Below are positions 49,293 to 61,117 of a DNA stretch of 64,000 bases, in pieces. A program made the position numbers and the translations under genes. The DNA is from Selaginella moellendorffii (taxonomy: Eukaryota; Plantae; Lycopodiophyta): assembly GCF_000143415.4 (NCBI RefSeq), contig NW_003314312.1, positions 1,045,510-1,109,509 on the forward strand, written 5' to 3'. Each line of letters starts with the position of its first letter. Position 1 is the first letter of the stretch. Below the pieces are notes generated by a model. That model saw only the letters and a list, made by a program, of their open reading frames with translations. It had not been told where the DNA came from and made no database searches.

Positions 49293-49454
49293 CAAGCTAG
49301 AGCTGGAATAAATTGCTATTTGCTCTGATAGAAGGGTCTAGGGTTCTTCATTCTTTTCTTACTGCTCTTGCGGTAGCTGAGAATGCGTGCTTGGGTAAGG
49401 ATCGTTTCTAGAGCTAGTCTCGAGTTTTATCTCACTCCTCTAGACCAGAGCTGA

Positions 49455-51841
49455 ATGAGGGCGATCTTCTGGGGCATTCTATGCCGGCGCTCTTGTGTTT
49501 GTAGCTCGGAGGAAGTAAGCAGAAGAGTCTACAAGGAAGACCATACACTCGTGAGCTTTTCTTCTTTTCTTTGCTTTCTTGTAAGCAAGATGATTTTTCT
49601 ATACTCGAGCAGGCTATCTGGAGCTCACCGAGACGGTGGTGGCCGAGGCCAAGCTTTCGCGATGAAGAGGTTGGAAGTCTTTGTTATAATTCTTGCGAGA
49701 TAACAGAAGATTTTCGGCTTAAACCAGGCACGGGCATTCTCCTCTCCGGATTGAAGGCATGCAGCAGCCTGAGAGACCTCGAGCTTGGCCACAGACTTCG
49801 CAGAAATGCTCTCGAAAACAAGCACATCTACGTCGCCAACTCGCTCGCAAACATGTATGCCAAGTGTGGCAACATGCCGGAAGCTTTCTCGGTGTTCCAC
49901 GCAATGCCTCGTCGCAACCATGCATCGTGGAACACCTTGATAGTTGGATACGCAGAGAATGGAGAGAGCGGCACAGCGCTGGAGGTTTTCTCTCGCATGG
50001 AAGAGCCGCAAAGGAACGCTCTCACTTTCGTGGCGGCGTCCATGGCTTGTGCGAGCTTGGCAGCGCAGGAGGAGGGTCGGCTCGTGGATGGAAGCTTGGT
50101 GAAGCTGGATTGCCTGGAGAGAGGCATGGAGGTCCACTCTTGCGCGTCCAAGGCTGGGTGTGACTCGGAGCTCTTGGTGGCGAGCAGCCTGGTTGATATG
50201 TACGCGAAGTGTGGGAGCATGGCGAACGCTCGCAACATTTTCAGCTCGATACTTCACAGGGACGTGGTTTGCTGGACGAGTTTGATCCAGGGATACGCAG
50301 AGAATGGACACGGCGAGGAGGCTCTGGATTTGTTTTCAGCCATGTCTGGCGAGTGCGAGCCAAATGCCCGGACTTTCGTGGCCGTGCTGCTCGCCTGCGC
50401 GAGCTTGGCTTCTCGAGAAGTTGGCCGGATGATCGCAGATCATGGGAAAGCTAGTGTGAAAGTCAGGTGCTTGGAGATTGCAATGGCTACACACTCGAGA
50501 GCTGCGAAGATGATCAATTGTCTGGAGCTGGACGTTTTCGTGGCGAGCAGCTTGGTAGATGCCTACGCAAAGTGTGGGAGCTTGGTGGACGCTCGCATGG
50601 CGTTCGATAGAATGCGGCACAGGGACGTGGTTCTTTGGACTTCTCTGCTGCTCGGCTATGTTGACAATGAAGAGTGCGAGCTGGCTCTCGAGCTATTCGA
50701 GTTTATGGTTGCCGAAGGTTGTAAACCGGGTGCTCAGAGTTTTGTTGCTGGATTGGTGGCATGCGCGAGATTGGCAGTTGAGGAAGAAGAAGAGACCACG
50801 CAAAGTATAGAAGTAAGGCGAGTGAAACTGACAAGCCTCGACAAAGGAATGGCGATCCATTCTCGAGCTTACACAAACTTGGGCTGTTGTGACTCCAACG
50901 TTTTCCTGGGAAACACGCTGGTGGACATGTACTCCAAGTGTGGCAGCCTCCTCGACGCTCGCATCGTCTTCGACCGGATGTTCCACCGCAGCATCGCGTC
51001 CTGGAACGCACTGATAGCAGGGTATGCTGAGAACCGAGAAGCCGAGCTCGCGCTGGAGCTCTTCTCGCGGCTCGAGTGCGCTCCAAACGCAGTAACTTAC
51101 GCTGCCGCGCTGCTGGCCTGCACGGAGCTGGCGACTCTAGAGTTCGGGAAGGCAATCCACGCTGCTATCATCCGCTGCGCGCTCGAGAGCGATGAATTGG
51201 TGGCGAACAAGCTGGTGGATCTCTACGGCAGGTGTGGCTGCATGGTGGACGCGGAGATCATCGTTTCTACGCTTGGAGAGCCGACGGTAGTGTCTTGGAA
51301 CGCACTGATAGCAGGATATAGTCGCCAGGCCGAGGCTTCGAGCCGGGCTTTTAGCGCGTTCCAGAGGATGCGAGAGGAAGAATCAGTGGCTCCGAACGAG
51401 GTAACGTTTCTTTTGGTTCTCACAGCTTGCAGCCATGCCGGTTTAGTCGACATGGGCCAGGCTTGCTTCGATGCCATGGTTTCTACGTACAACCTCACGC
51501 CTGGTATCGAGCACTATCACTGCTTGGCTGATATCTTTGGCCGTGCGAACCAGCTCGAGAAAGCTCTGGAGATTGTGACGAGCATGCCTTACAAGGCCAC
51601 CTCGGTCAGCTGGAAAACAATCCTGGCCTCGTGTCGAAAGTGGCGGAATGTAGAAGCTGGGAAGTTTGCGTTTGATTCGCTACTTGCGCTTGAGGTTGAT
51701 GGTCACAAGACTGCGGCATTTTTGCTCATGGCGAGTTTGTATGGGAGCCTTGATATGTGGGAGGAACAAGCCAAAGTACTCGAGGCCAGGAATATGCTCT
51801 TCGTAGATTCAGAGAGAGAAAAGTTTGGAAACAAAGAATGA
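49455..51841 (+). CDS. PLS-class PPR protein, E-type end, no DYW
   Basis: Long ORF 49571-51841 with PLS triplets. The ATG at 49455 joins in frame via predicted intron 49515-49585 (gtaagc..taag). Confidence 0.92.
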
Positions 51842-53620
51842 TCCTGAATTGAGTCGATTCAATCGAGGAATAGAGAAAAATACCAGACGTGTCTTGACCA
51901 TTGTCCATGTGTTTTGTGTGAGCTCAAGACGATACAGCCTTGATTATCGTAGAAGGTTTATAAGAGGGAAGCCATCTCCCTGCTGACTTTAGGAAAAGTA
52001 CATTGGATGGCTGTAAAAGGAATTTTTCGGTTGTGGTACTGCTTCTTTTGGCTTGAGATCCTGCACGCTTCAAGACTTTAGCAACTCAGACTGGGCGGGA
52101 TGTCCTACAATCTGATGGAGCAGTAAAAAACACACTGTGGCAGCGACTGTGAGTTCAGCCTGGCTTGCCTAGGAATTGGCTTACCAGGCTCACAGAGTAA
52201 GCAAGGTGCAGACCACAAGATACATAAGGCTGCCAATGGCACTGCAATAAAGTACGGCTGCCCATCTTGTTTTTCTCTTGCTCTGTAAAAGGAGACTTTT
52301 CACGAGAGAGTTTCAAACCTACGACCATCGGTGGTGGAGCAGGAGAGCATCGCTCCATGGAAAATTGTTGGAGGATATCCTTGTTCTGGTGAAGAACGAG
52401 AGAGCTGTCCCGGCGGTCAGGCAGTAGTGTGCCTTTCCTGAATCTTTCATCTCAAAGTGAGAAGAGAAGATCTTCACTTGATCTCAGCCAGAAAGCTTGC
52501 ACTGTTGCAAACAAGCAATAAACAGCAATTTAGATTGTGTTATCTCCAACTTTCTTGTAATAAAGATTGGGGTTGTTTTTGCTTCTGAAAAATCCACTTG
52601 TGAGTAAAGAAAAGTCTTCAAGCTTTTTGTACCACTGGCAAGAAGCTTGTTTCAATACATAAATTGCCTTGTTGAGTCTCCAGACATGGCTTTCCCTTCC
52701 CGGAACTTTGTAGCCTTCTGGCTGCATTTCTTCCTCAAGTTCTCCATTGAGGAATGCATCCATCATGCCAGCAATGTACGGATTGTGGTCAGTTTCACCA
52801 CATATGCAAAGGTGTCAGTGTAATCAGTCCCAGTTACTTGTAACCCTTGGCCATATGGAACAGTCTGGATTTGTGGGAATCCACATGGATTTCACCAGCT
52901 TTCTGCCAAGAGGAGCTTTAGAGACTAAATAAAAAGTGTGATGTTTGACAAGAGAAGTGTACACTTCACCAAAATCCAAATGCCACTTTTCCTTGTCTTG
53001 TGAAGCCATAGCCTCACCAGAGCTGTGTGGAATCAAGTAAGGTTTGAACCAAGGACTCTGGTACATCTTGGACGGCAGCAAGCATCGTCTCAAGAAGCTG
53101 GCTGAGCGTCTAAGAACTGGTGGTTCTTGTGGCTGTGCATCTGATTGTGGCAGCACAGAAAATTGGAGGTCACCAGCCTGGAATGAGTGGTGGATTGTCT
53201 CCCGAAACCATAGCGCCAGGTGCAACAACGCTTGCTGGTGCTGGAAGAGGTGGCTGAACCATGATTGGAACAATGTGGGAGTGAAAAAGACCACACAGCC
53301 ACGACGGATCGTCACGATAAACTCCTAAATTTTTTGGATCCCATATAGCATTTTAAACATTAATATACAATACATTTAACCGTCGTAACTGCAATACCAC
53401 ATAGCAGCGAACGATCTAATGGCAAGAGGACAGTGACAGAGGAAGAATCAAAGGGGCCAGGAAGGAACCCTTGGCTCAGGAGCGCGTGAGGGCCTTGGCA
53501 GTGCTGGTGCGAGTGGAGCGGAAAATCCAGGAGCGAAAGTGCCCACAATTTCTTTGCCCAGCCTGCAGGAAGGTGTGCCCTTGTTGTGGCCGGAGTTTTT
53601 CACTCCATGTCGTCCTTTCT

Positions 53621-54628
53621 AAATTCTCTGTTTAATCTATTCTTACGCAGCAGGAAATTCTGGGGGCTGGGAGAAACGTTCACGGGACAGAATTTCTCCA
53701 CCTGAAAAACAAAAGTACCCTTTTGGCCAAGGATTGCTAGCCTATAGTGGATGGAACGACTCAACGTCCGGCTGCTGTGAATGTAACCCAATGGCTCGAC
53801 TGGGATTCCAGGAACCAAAAAGCACTCTCAGTCATTGGGTTAGGTCTTGGGGATGAATTCGTTAGTCTCCTTGATCTCAGCAAAAACAGCCCACCAGAAC
53901 TGGACATCCTCTACACAAATCTTGGCTGCAAAAGCTGCCAACTAAGGTCATGCTAACACAAAGGTTCTTTATGCTGAAAATGCAACCTGATGACGTGATG
54001 GCCATTTACACTGGAAAGTTTAAGTGATGATCACTGAGCTGAAGGATGCAGAAGTAGTAATCACCATTGATCAAGCTAAGGCATTCCTACTCAGCTCTTT
54101 CTTCTTTGAACTCTAAGAGCACCAATGTGAAAGGTTGGAGTTCAAGGGAGAAAGAGCTGAGTAGGAATGCCTTAGCTTGATCAATGGTGATTACTGCTTT
54201 TGCATCCTTCAGCTCAATGATCATCACTTAAACTTTCCAATGTACGTGGCCATCATGTCATTAAATTGCATTCTCAGCATAAAGAACCTTTGTGTTAACA
54301 TGACTTTAACTAGCAGATTTTGCAACCAAGATTTGTGTAGGGGATGTCCAATTCTGGTGGGCTGTTTTTGCTGAGATCAAGAAGATGAACGAATTCATCC
54401 CCAAGACCTAACCCAATAACTAAGAGTGCTTTTTAGTTCCTAGAATCCTAGTTGAGCCATTGGGTTACATTCATAGCAGCTGGACAGTGAGTCATTCCAT
54501 CCACTATAGGCTAGCAATCCTTGGCCAAAAGGGTACTTTCGTTTCTCAGGTGGAGAAATTTTGTCCCGTGAATGTTTCTCCAGCCCCTAGAATTTCCTGT
54601 TGCATAAGAATAGATTAAATAAGAATTT
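53621..54628. repeat. Long inverted repeat, ~495-bp arms (53621-54116 / 54135-54628), 18-nt spacer
   Basis: The arms are reverse complements along their whole length, with scattered substitutions. Confidence 0.95.
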
Positions 54629-54652
54629 TGCTACAAAAGCTGCTAATGCTAA

Positions 54653-55169
54653 TGTAGTGCACCTTATCTCTCTCCCCTTAAGCTAACTGAAAAAGGGGCA
54701 ATTACTTGCTGAGAGAGCCTTTAGTGGCTATTTTATCCCCATTTATCCCCCAAGGTTCCAAGGATCCATGGTGACAGTATATTTAAATCTCATCCCATGA
54801 TCACATACGCTACACTCACCCCCTCTTCAGAGATGTCAATGTCCTCATTGACTATTGATTAGCAACCCCTACTAAGCCAAGGGGAACCAACACCTTCCCC
54901 TTCAGAGATGTCAATGTCCTCACCCCCTCTTTGGAGATGTCAATGTCTTCATTGACTATTGATTAGCAACCCCTACTGAGCCAAAGGGAATCAGCACTTC
55001 CCCCTTCAGAGATGTCAATGTCCTTATTGACTATTGTTTAACAACCCCTATTGAGCCAAGGGGAACCAACACCTCTATATCCACACTCAATTTACCAATT
55101 CTTCCATTGTGTAAACCAGCTATTCCATGTGAGGCAACTAATCATCCACTTATGATCACATGCGTTACA
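54653..55169 (-). mobile_element. Small non-coding LTR-type insert: 162-bp LTR (54653-54814), PPT and ~76-bp tandem array
   Basis: tgtag..ctaca termini. On the minus strand the purine tract gaagagggggtgag precedes the LTR. About 3.3 copies of cccttcagagatgtcaatgtc..aaccaacacct occupy 54821-55075. Confidence 0.7.
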
Positions 55170-55386
55170 GCTAAGGTCGTGTTAACACAAACACTGAGAA
55201 TGCAACTTGATGACACTTACATTGGAAAGTTTAACCAATGATCATTGAGCTAAAGGATGCAATCACTATTGATCAAGCTAAAGCATTCCTACTCAGCTCT
55301 TTCTCCCTTGAACTCCAACCTTTGACATTTATGCTCTCAACTGTGCCTGGAAAGGACTTGGAATCACTCTATTTAGACTTGATCGA

Positions 55387-55612
55387 GGAAGAATGCAAGT
55401 AGAACAAGTGGAAAGGCAAGGTGCCCTCTCAACTTGCTTTATGTGTGGAGCAAGCCTTGTTTATTAGCAAGCAATGGAGTGGGAAGAAATGAGAAAGGGC
55501 TATTTTGTTTCTTTCCACCCAACTGCTTACTAATAAAAAAGCTTGCTCCACATGTGAAGTAGCCTTAAAGGGCACTTTGCCTTTCCACTCACTCATTCTA
55601 CTTGCATTTTCC
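55387..55612. repeat. Second fold-back inverted repeat, ~110-bp arms, almost no spacer
   Basis: ggaagaatgcaagtagaa..gtggaaaggcaaggtgccc..tgtggagcaagc pairs with gcttgctccaca..gggcactttgcctttccact..ttctacttgcattttcc. Confidence 0.85.
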
Positions 55613-56689
55613 ATGGACATATGCACAAAATTATCTATTGAGAGTGGAGAGTACCTTGATCAATCCCGAGGAGGAGAAAGCATCTAGAGCAGTCTATCAC
55701 TCTATGGTTGGCAATGTGATCTATCTGGTAATTTTCACTTGGCCTGACCTTGCATATGTTGTGAGACCAGTGGCAAAGTACCTGGACCATCACACTGGCA
55801 GGCTTTGAAACATATAATGAGGTATGTGGTAGGGACTAACCAGCACTAATCCTGGTCACTGCCCTTGGATGGCTTCATAGCCAAATTCCTAGGGTTTGCA
55901 GTCAGACACTACAATTTAGAGGAGAATCTCCAAATGGGAGTTTCTATGATTGCATGACAAGTTTTTCCTGTACTTCCAATACCTACAAAGAATTCCAAGA
56001 TTGCAACTGCATCATGAGTTGAGAGTTGATGTAAGCCACTATAAATAAAATTGCAATGGAGTCTATTGCCCATCCCCGTTCAAAATTCATAGCTGTGATG
56101 AATGGATCAGAAATACGATGATGGAAATTAGGACAGAGAGCACTAGCCATGCTAGGCTATTTTCAAGCTTCTTGAGATTTTGAGAAAAGTGGTTAGGCTA
56201 TTTCACCCCACATTCTACAAAGCCAAAAAAGTGAAATTGGCTAATGTTATCAAGGAGGAGTGCAAGAAAAACACCAATAACATCTCTAGCTAGTGCCAAG
56301 GGAAAAGATGCCCAAGAGGGTGGTGTGGTTATACAGAGAGTGAGTAAGGCAAGCCCAAGATCAAGAAAAGAGGAAGGAGTGAACATTCTTTTTCTGTGGG
56401 AGGATTATGATTGGCACATGCCAAAGCTTGGGTGGCAATAACAACCAATCTTTCTAAGGTGACTTCACGTTTTTCCAATGAGGGAGACTTTTTTCATATG
56501 TGGATGTTAATACTTGTAAATTTTGCATAAAAGAGGCCATTCCATCAAATAGTATTGCTAAGAGGAATCTCCGAGAGTGGGAGTGGAACTCCAAATGAAG
56601 TTCTCGAGGGATGAGCATGAAGCAATCGGTGAATGAATCTCTAAAAAGGGGCATAAGAAGGGACACATGGCAAGTGTCATGACATATGG

Positions 56690-57110
56690 AAATGTCAAGA
56701 ACGAGTCTGAAATGGAGTTTGAGATAAAGTTTGATATGGACCTAAGACGGACCCAATATGAACCCAAGATGGAGTTCGAGATGGAGTCCAAAATGGGCCC
56801 AAGATGAAGTCTGAGATGGACCCGAGATGGAGTCCGAGATGGACTCGAGATGGAGTTTGAGGTCAAGTTCGAAATGGACTTGAGATAGAGTCCAAGATGG
56901 AGTCTGAGATGGACCCAAGATGGAGTCCAAGGTCGAGTCCGAGATGGACCCGAGATGGAGTCTAAGACCGAGACAAAGACCGAGTCCAAGACCAAGTTCA
57001 AAACCAAGTCCAAGTCCAAGTCTGAATTCGAGTCCAAAGGTGAAAACCCAAAGCGATCGTCTCCCAAACCCTAGAGGGTTTGGTGAACTTCAAAAGTATA
57101 GTAGGGGGAG
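56690..57110 (+). mobile_element. Degenerate LTR relative with 12-bp array
   Basis: A (gagtccgagatg)n array followed by ggtgaaaacccaaagcgatcgtctccc..caaaagtatagtaggg, as in the LTR at 35243-35310. Confidence 0.75.
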
Positions 57111-57641
57111 GACTCCAGTGGAGCTAGTTTAGCCAAGAAAGGCTAGTGTGACCAAGGAAGGTTATACCCATATGTTGGGTGGTAATATAACTAGTAAGGA
57201 GTTCAAGGCTAGAGTGAATATGGACAGACAAATGAAGTAGTTTGGTGAAGTGTTCAAAAGCCAGCTCTAGCTCCCCTGGGAGATTAAATGGTCGATGCTC
57301 CTAATCTAAGTGTGGGTGGCACTACCTACTTGGATATTTGGCGTGGCTTAACAGAACCTTGCTCTAGCCCCATAGCTAGGGCACCGAAAAGCAGAAGGTG
57401 GGAAGAGTATCTATGAGTTTTATATAGGGCCACAATGTTCCAAAATGTTATCCTAAAGTCTTAGACTGTGGAAAGGAAGAGGAGCAATCCTCTAGTGTAG
57501 TGACCAAGGATACAATCATATAGTGAGGAAGTCCTAGAGGATAGTGCGATTTAGTAGTCAAGCTTTTGGGGCCTTGGCCTAATGGCGGTGTTAGCGAGCA
57601 TGGCCACGGATGAAGAGGGACTTTGTGGGGATGGAAGAAGG

Positions 57642-57805
57642 TGTAGCGCATGTGATCATGGGATGAGATTTAAATATACTATCACCATAGATCTTTGGAA
57701 CCTTGGGGGATAAATGAGGATAAAATAGCCACTAAAAGCTCTCTTATCAAGCAATTGCCCTTTTTCCAATTGGTTTAAAAGGAAAAAGATAAATTAGTGG
57801 CTACT
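57642..57805 (+). mobile_element. Second copy of the ~160-bp short LTR (partial third copy 58022-58090)
   Basis: Matches the reverse complement of 54653-54814 and is preceded by the purine tract ggggatggaagaagg. Confidence 0.75.
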
Positions 57806-57900
57806 TAAAAATATAATATACCTTTGAGCAAGGTATATTCTTACCCATAAATTTGAAATCGTATGTATTGGGCATCCATGTATACATCCTTCCTTTTATA

Positions 57901-58025
57901 TGGAGTATTCACGGATAAAGGACTAGTTAGATATATTCTTTTGTGTGAAGTATTTATGGACAAAGGACTAGTTAAATATATTCTTTTTGTGGAGTATTCA
58001 CGAACAAAGGACTAGTTAAATATAT
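57901..58025 (+). repeat. ~44-bp tandem repeat, 3 copies
   Basis: tggagtattcacggataaaggactagttagatatattcttttg, repeated with variation. Confidence 0.8.
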
Positions 58026-59824
58026 TGTCATCGTGGATCCTTGGAACTTGGGGGATAAATAGGGATAAAATAGCTATTAAAGGCTTTTTTATAAAGTGTG
58101 CTACAAAAGGGATATTAGGGAAGGGTGTTCCTTATGTCTCCAAGCATCCTAAAAGTGCTAAAAAGTGGTCAAGGGATGACCACTCATGGATAGATAACCC
58201 AGTTTTTGAGAGATGGGATTGTGATGTATGTGGTCTTGGACTATTATTATGACAAGGGTGAATGGGCATAGCCTTAATGTAACGAGCTGATATATTAGTG
58301 GTACCCTTGAGTGTCGGTCATGGGATCAAACATGTGGAACACTTGAACCAAATGCAAAAGCTAAGTGGCATAAATGCCATTCACGGGGCTAACAAGTCTT
58401 TAAGTTCTAAATGTAACTTATAGAGGTTATGAGTGAGACTCCTCCAAGTGGTCCGAAGTGTGGTTATGTATCTAAAGTAGAATAGAAAATTTAATCAATT
58501 ACAATGATCTAGCAAGTTCAAAAATTGAGGAAAAATAAAGTTGCTACCATCCAAAATCAATGCATAATAGTTTTGGAACTACAAGTATTGCACTAGACAA
58601 TAATAATATGGAAGAAAGGCAATGTTATGCCATGGTTAATTTAATAGAAAATTGTACCAGATAGGTATTCTAGTGTCCACCAAGTGATGTCTCTATAACT
58701 TACAATAGCATGTTTGTTCTTACTATAAATTACATACAAATGATTCCCCACCTTGAATCTTTTAAGGAATGCCTAAATTTCTTAGAAGCACAAAAAAGAT
58801 TCAAATATCTTTGGGAAGTTAGCTTTCAAGAGAAATGGCCATCTTGGTAAGAATTAGGATTAGATTGCCACTTTGTTCATATTAATATAACATATATAAT
58901 TTTCACACTTTATAATGATTTACCATAGGATAAGATATAAAAAGGCAATAAAGTAGGGCAAGAGTTTTAATGCCTTAAACCATTAAATAAAAGGACAAAA
59001 AGAGCAAAAGAATAAAAGCATAAAGTAACTCCTAAATATACAAAAAGACATTAAAACCATTTAATATCTTGATAATCTAGTGTTATTTTAACATATTGCT
59101 AGATAATATCTCACATTGGTCAACTATGCTTGACCTACCTACTATCCTTACTATGCATTTCTTCACACAATTTGCAACAATAAAGCATGATGGCATTCAG
59201 CTCGAGTGAGTCTTGAATGAATTGGTCCCTGGATCTAAACAATCAGTGTCAATCAATCGAAATATTTTGACGAGAACAAGCAATGTGTAACTGTCTTGCA
59301 CCTCCTTGTGATCCGGCTTTCACCAGGACCCGTCCCAATGCACATTGTAGAGCAAGAGAGTTTCATGAGAGATTTTCCTACCTTGAGTTCTTCCAGCAGT
59401 GATCTCGTATTGGCAATCTCCAGGTGCTTGCTCTCCAGTCTTGTCTGCGAAAGAAAGGAGATATTTCAATCGGCAATATTTTCCACCTGTCGCGACTGGA
59501 TCGTGGCGTCCACCCCGAGGCACTTGAGCTCCTCCTCCGCGGATTTCTTGCGCGCTTTCTTCGTTTCCAACTCCGATCTTGCGTGCTCCCGTTGCGACAT
59601 GAGAGCTGTTCTACATGTGGCCCTCTGCATGGACTTCGATTTCCAGCACTGGAAAGAAGAAATCCTGCTATACCTCCGAAAGGCTGATCCCTGGCGCATC
59701 CCTGGACGAGGGAAAGAATGCGGCCCCGCTGTGCTGGAGGAGGAGCAGGGGCGCCGCCCGCCATTGCAAGCGCGCGATTTGGCGCTCTGACAACCTCGAA
59801 AGATTTTTAGGGTTCTTGAGAAGA

Positions 59825-61042
59825 ATGGAGGAAGAAGGCGAGGGTATAGGCGCGTGACGCGCGCCGAGTTTATGCTCCAGCATCTCCTCGATGGACAGCT
59901 CTCTACTTCTGCAAGGTATGTTCGATCGATCGATCGATGGATCGCGCGAGTCTATGGTTTATTTGGCTCACTTTTTTGCTGGATGGATAGATTAGAGCAA
60001 ATGGAATTCAAGGGAGCTACGCAATCTTTCTATCGAGGCATTCACGGGGCTGGAGGAGTCTCGGCTTTGGCAGAATTTCGCTCGCAACAGGACGAGGGGG
60101 AGATCCAAAAGCCTGAGGTGAATATTTTCTTTCTTTGTTCTGGTAGCTATAGTTTTGTGTTCTTAACTTTGATGAAAAATGCAAACGCCAGAGATATGGT
60201 CCAGACCCGGTGTTCTTGCAAAGCCAAGAGATGGAACGAATGAAGCAAGCTCTTGCTCGAGGGAGCTCCATAGCTGTGAAGCAAGAAATGGGACGCCATG
60301 AGAAGGAGCTGGAAATTTCTTTGATCGAAGGAAAGGAGAGATTGCAAGCTATAGCACATCTTACTGTGGAAGGTATTCTTCAGTATTTGTTTTGATCCAG
60401 GTGTTTCTCTCCGGAAACCTTTGCCTGAGCTCAGCGTCGTTTGCGCCGGAGGTAGTTTTCACTGTCGCCAACTTCCTTTCATTCTTTTGATTTTGTGTTA
60501 TTTTTGAAAACTAGGAACGAGCACGAATGCAACCTGGGAAAGAGATTTCGAGATCGTCATCGAAAGTGTTTTCATCCTCAGCTCCACCACTGCTGGATCT
60601 GGATGAAACCACTCTGAACGCTATGAAAACTGGGAACGAGGAAAACAATCCTCTGAAGAGACTATCATCTCGAACCGGCTTCCTCTCAAGGAGTTGCAGG
60701 AATGGTCGGATGGAAAGTTTCGAAACCACCAGCAGAAACGTAAGCTCATTCTGTGGCTTAGATCTCCTTGTCAAGCCTGAGTCGCTTCTTTCGCAGGTTC
60801 TCTGATCTGTGCCCGAAAGTCACAGAGGAGGATCTAGCCGCATTGTTTCTTCGATATAAGAAACAACGATCAAATTCTTTTCCGACTAATGCAAAAAGGA
60901 CGAAAAGGATCGAGCCTTTTTTGCATTCCCAGGTTCGCATCTTGTTTGTCATGTCAGCACGTGAAATCTTGAACATGTAGTGGCAGCAACCTGTGCATTG
61001 CAACATGCGGTAATCGTGGAATATGCCCGAGGCAAAAAATAA
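59825..61042 (+). pseudogene. RBM41-like (U11/U12-65K paralog) RRM gene with frameshifts and an in-frame stop
   Basis: N-terminal VTRAEFMLQHLLDGQLST..AGGVSALAEFRSQQ, pre-RRM EETIISNRLPLKELQE..KFRNH, RRM LCPKVTEEDLAALFLRY..FRLMQKGR..AFP, and end VIVEYARGKK*. Confidence 0.65.
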
Positions 61043-61117
61043 CAAGCGCGGGTTAAAATAGATGATCGTCAAAATGACCAAAGGTTTGTATTTTTCTTTT
61101 CGGTTTTTCCTTTTCTC

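Larger units (their letters stand above)
52000..55850. mobile_element. Scrambled Ty1/copia remnants in both orientations
   Basis: Minus-strand RT reads APLGRKLVKSMW, AFLNGELEEE, LNKAIYVLKQASCQWY. Plus-strand gag reads WDSRNQKALSVIGLGLGD. Plus-strand RT end reads YHSMVGNVIYLVIFTWPDLAYVV. Confidence 0.85.

Noticed and set aside
49551-49585. 35-nt micro-intron in the PPR gene
   Set aside because: A better in-phase donor (gtaagc) at 49515 gives an ordinary 71-nt intron.
54821-55075. Regularly spaced repeats resembling a CRISPR array (also 57901-58025)
   Set aside because: Whole units repeat with no unique spacers, there are no cas genes, and the context is eukaryotic TE DNA.
59296-59790. Overlapping ORFs on both strands upstream of the RBM41-like relic
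   Set aside because: GC-rich and possibly a gene relic, but I could not support a consistent frame, splice model or domain.
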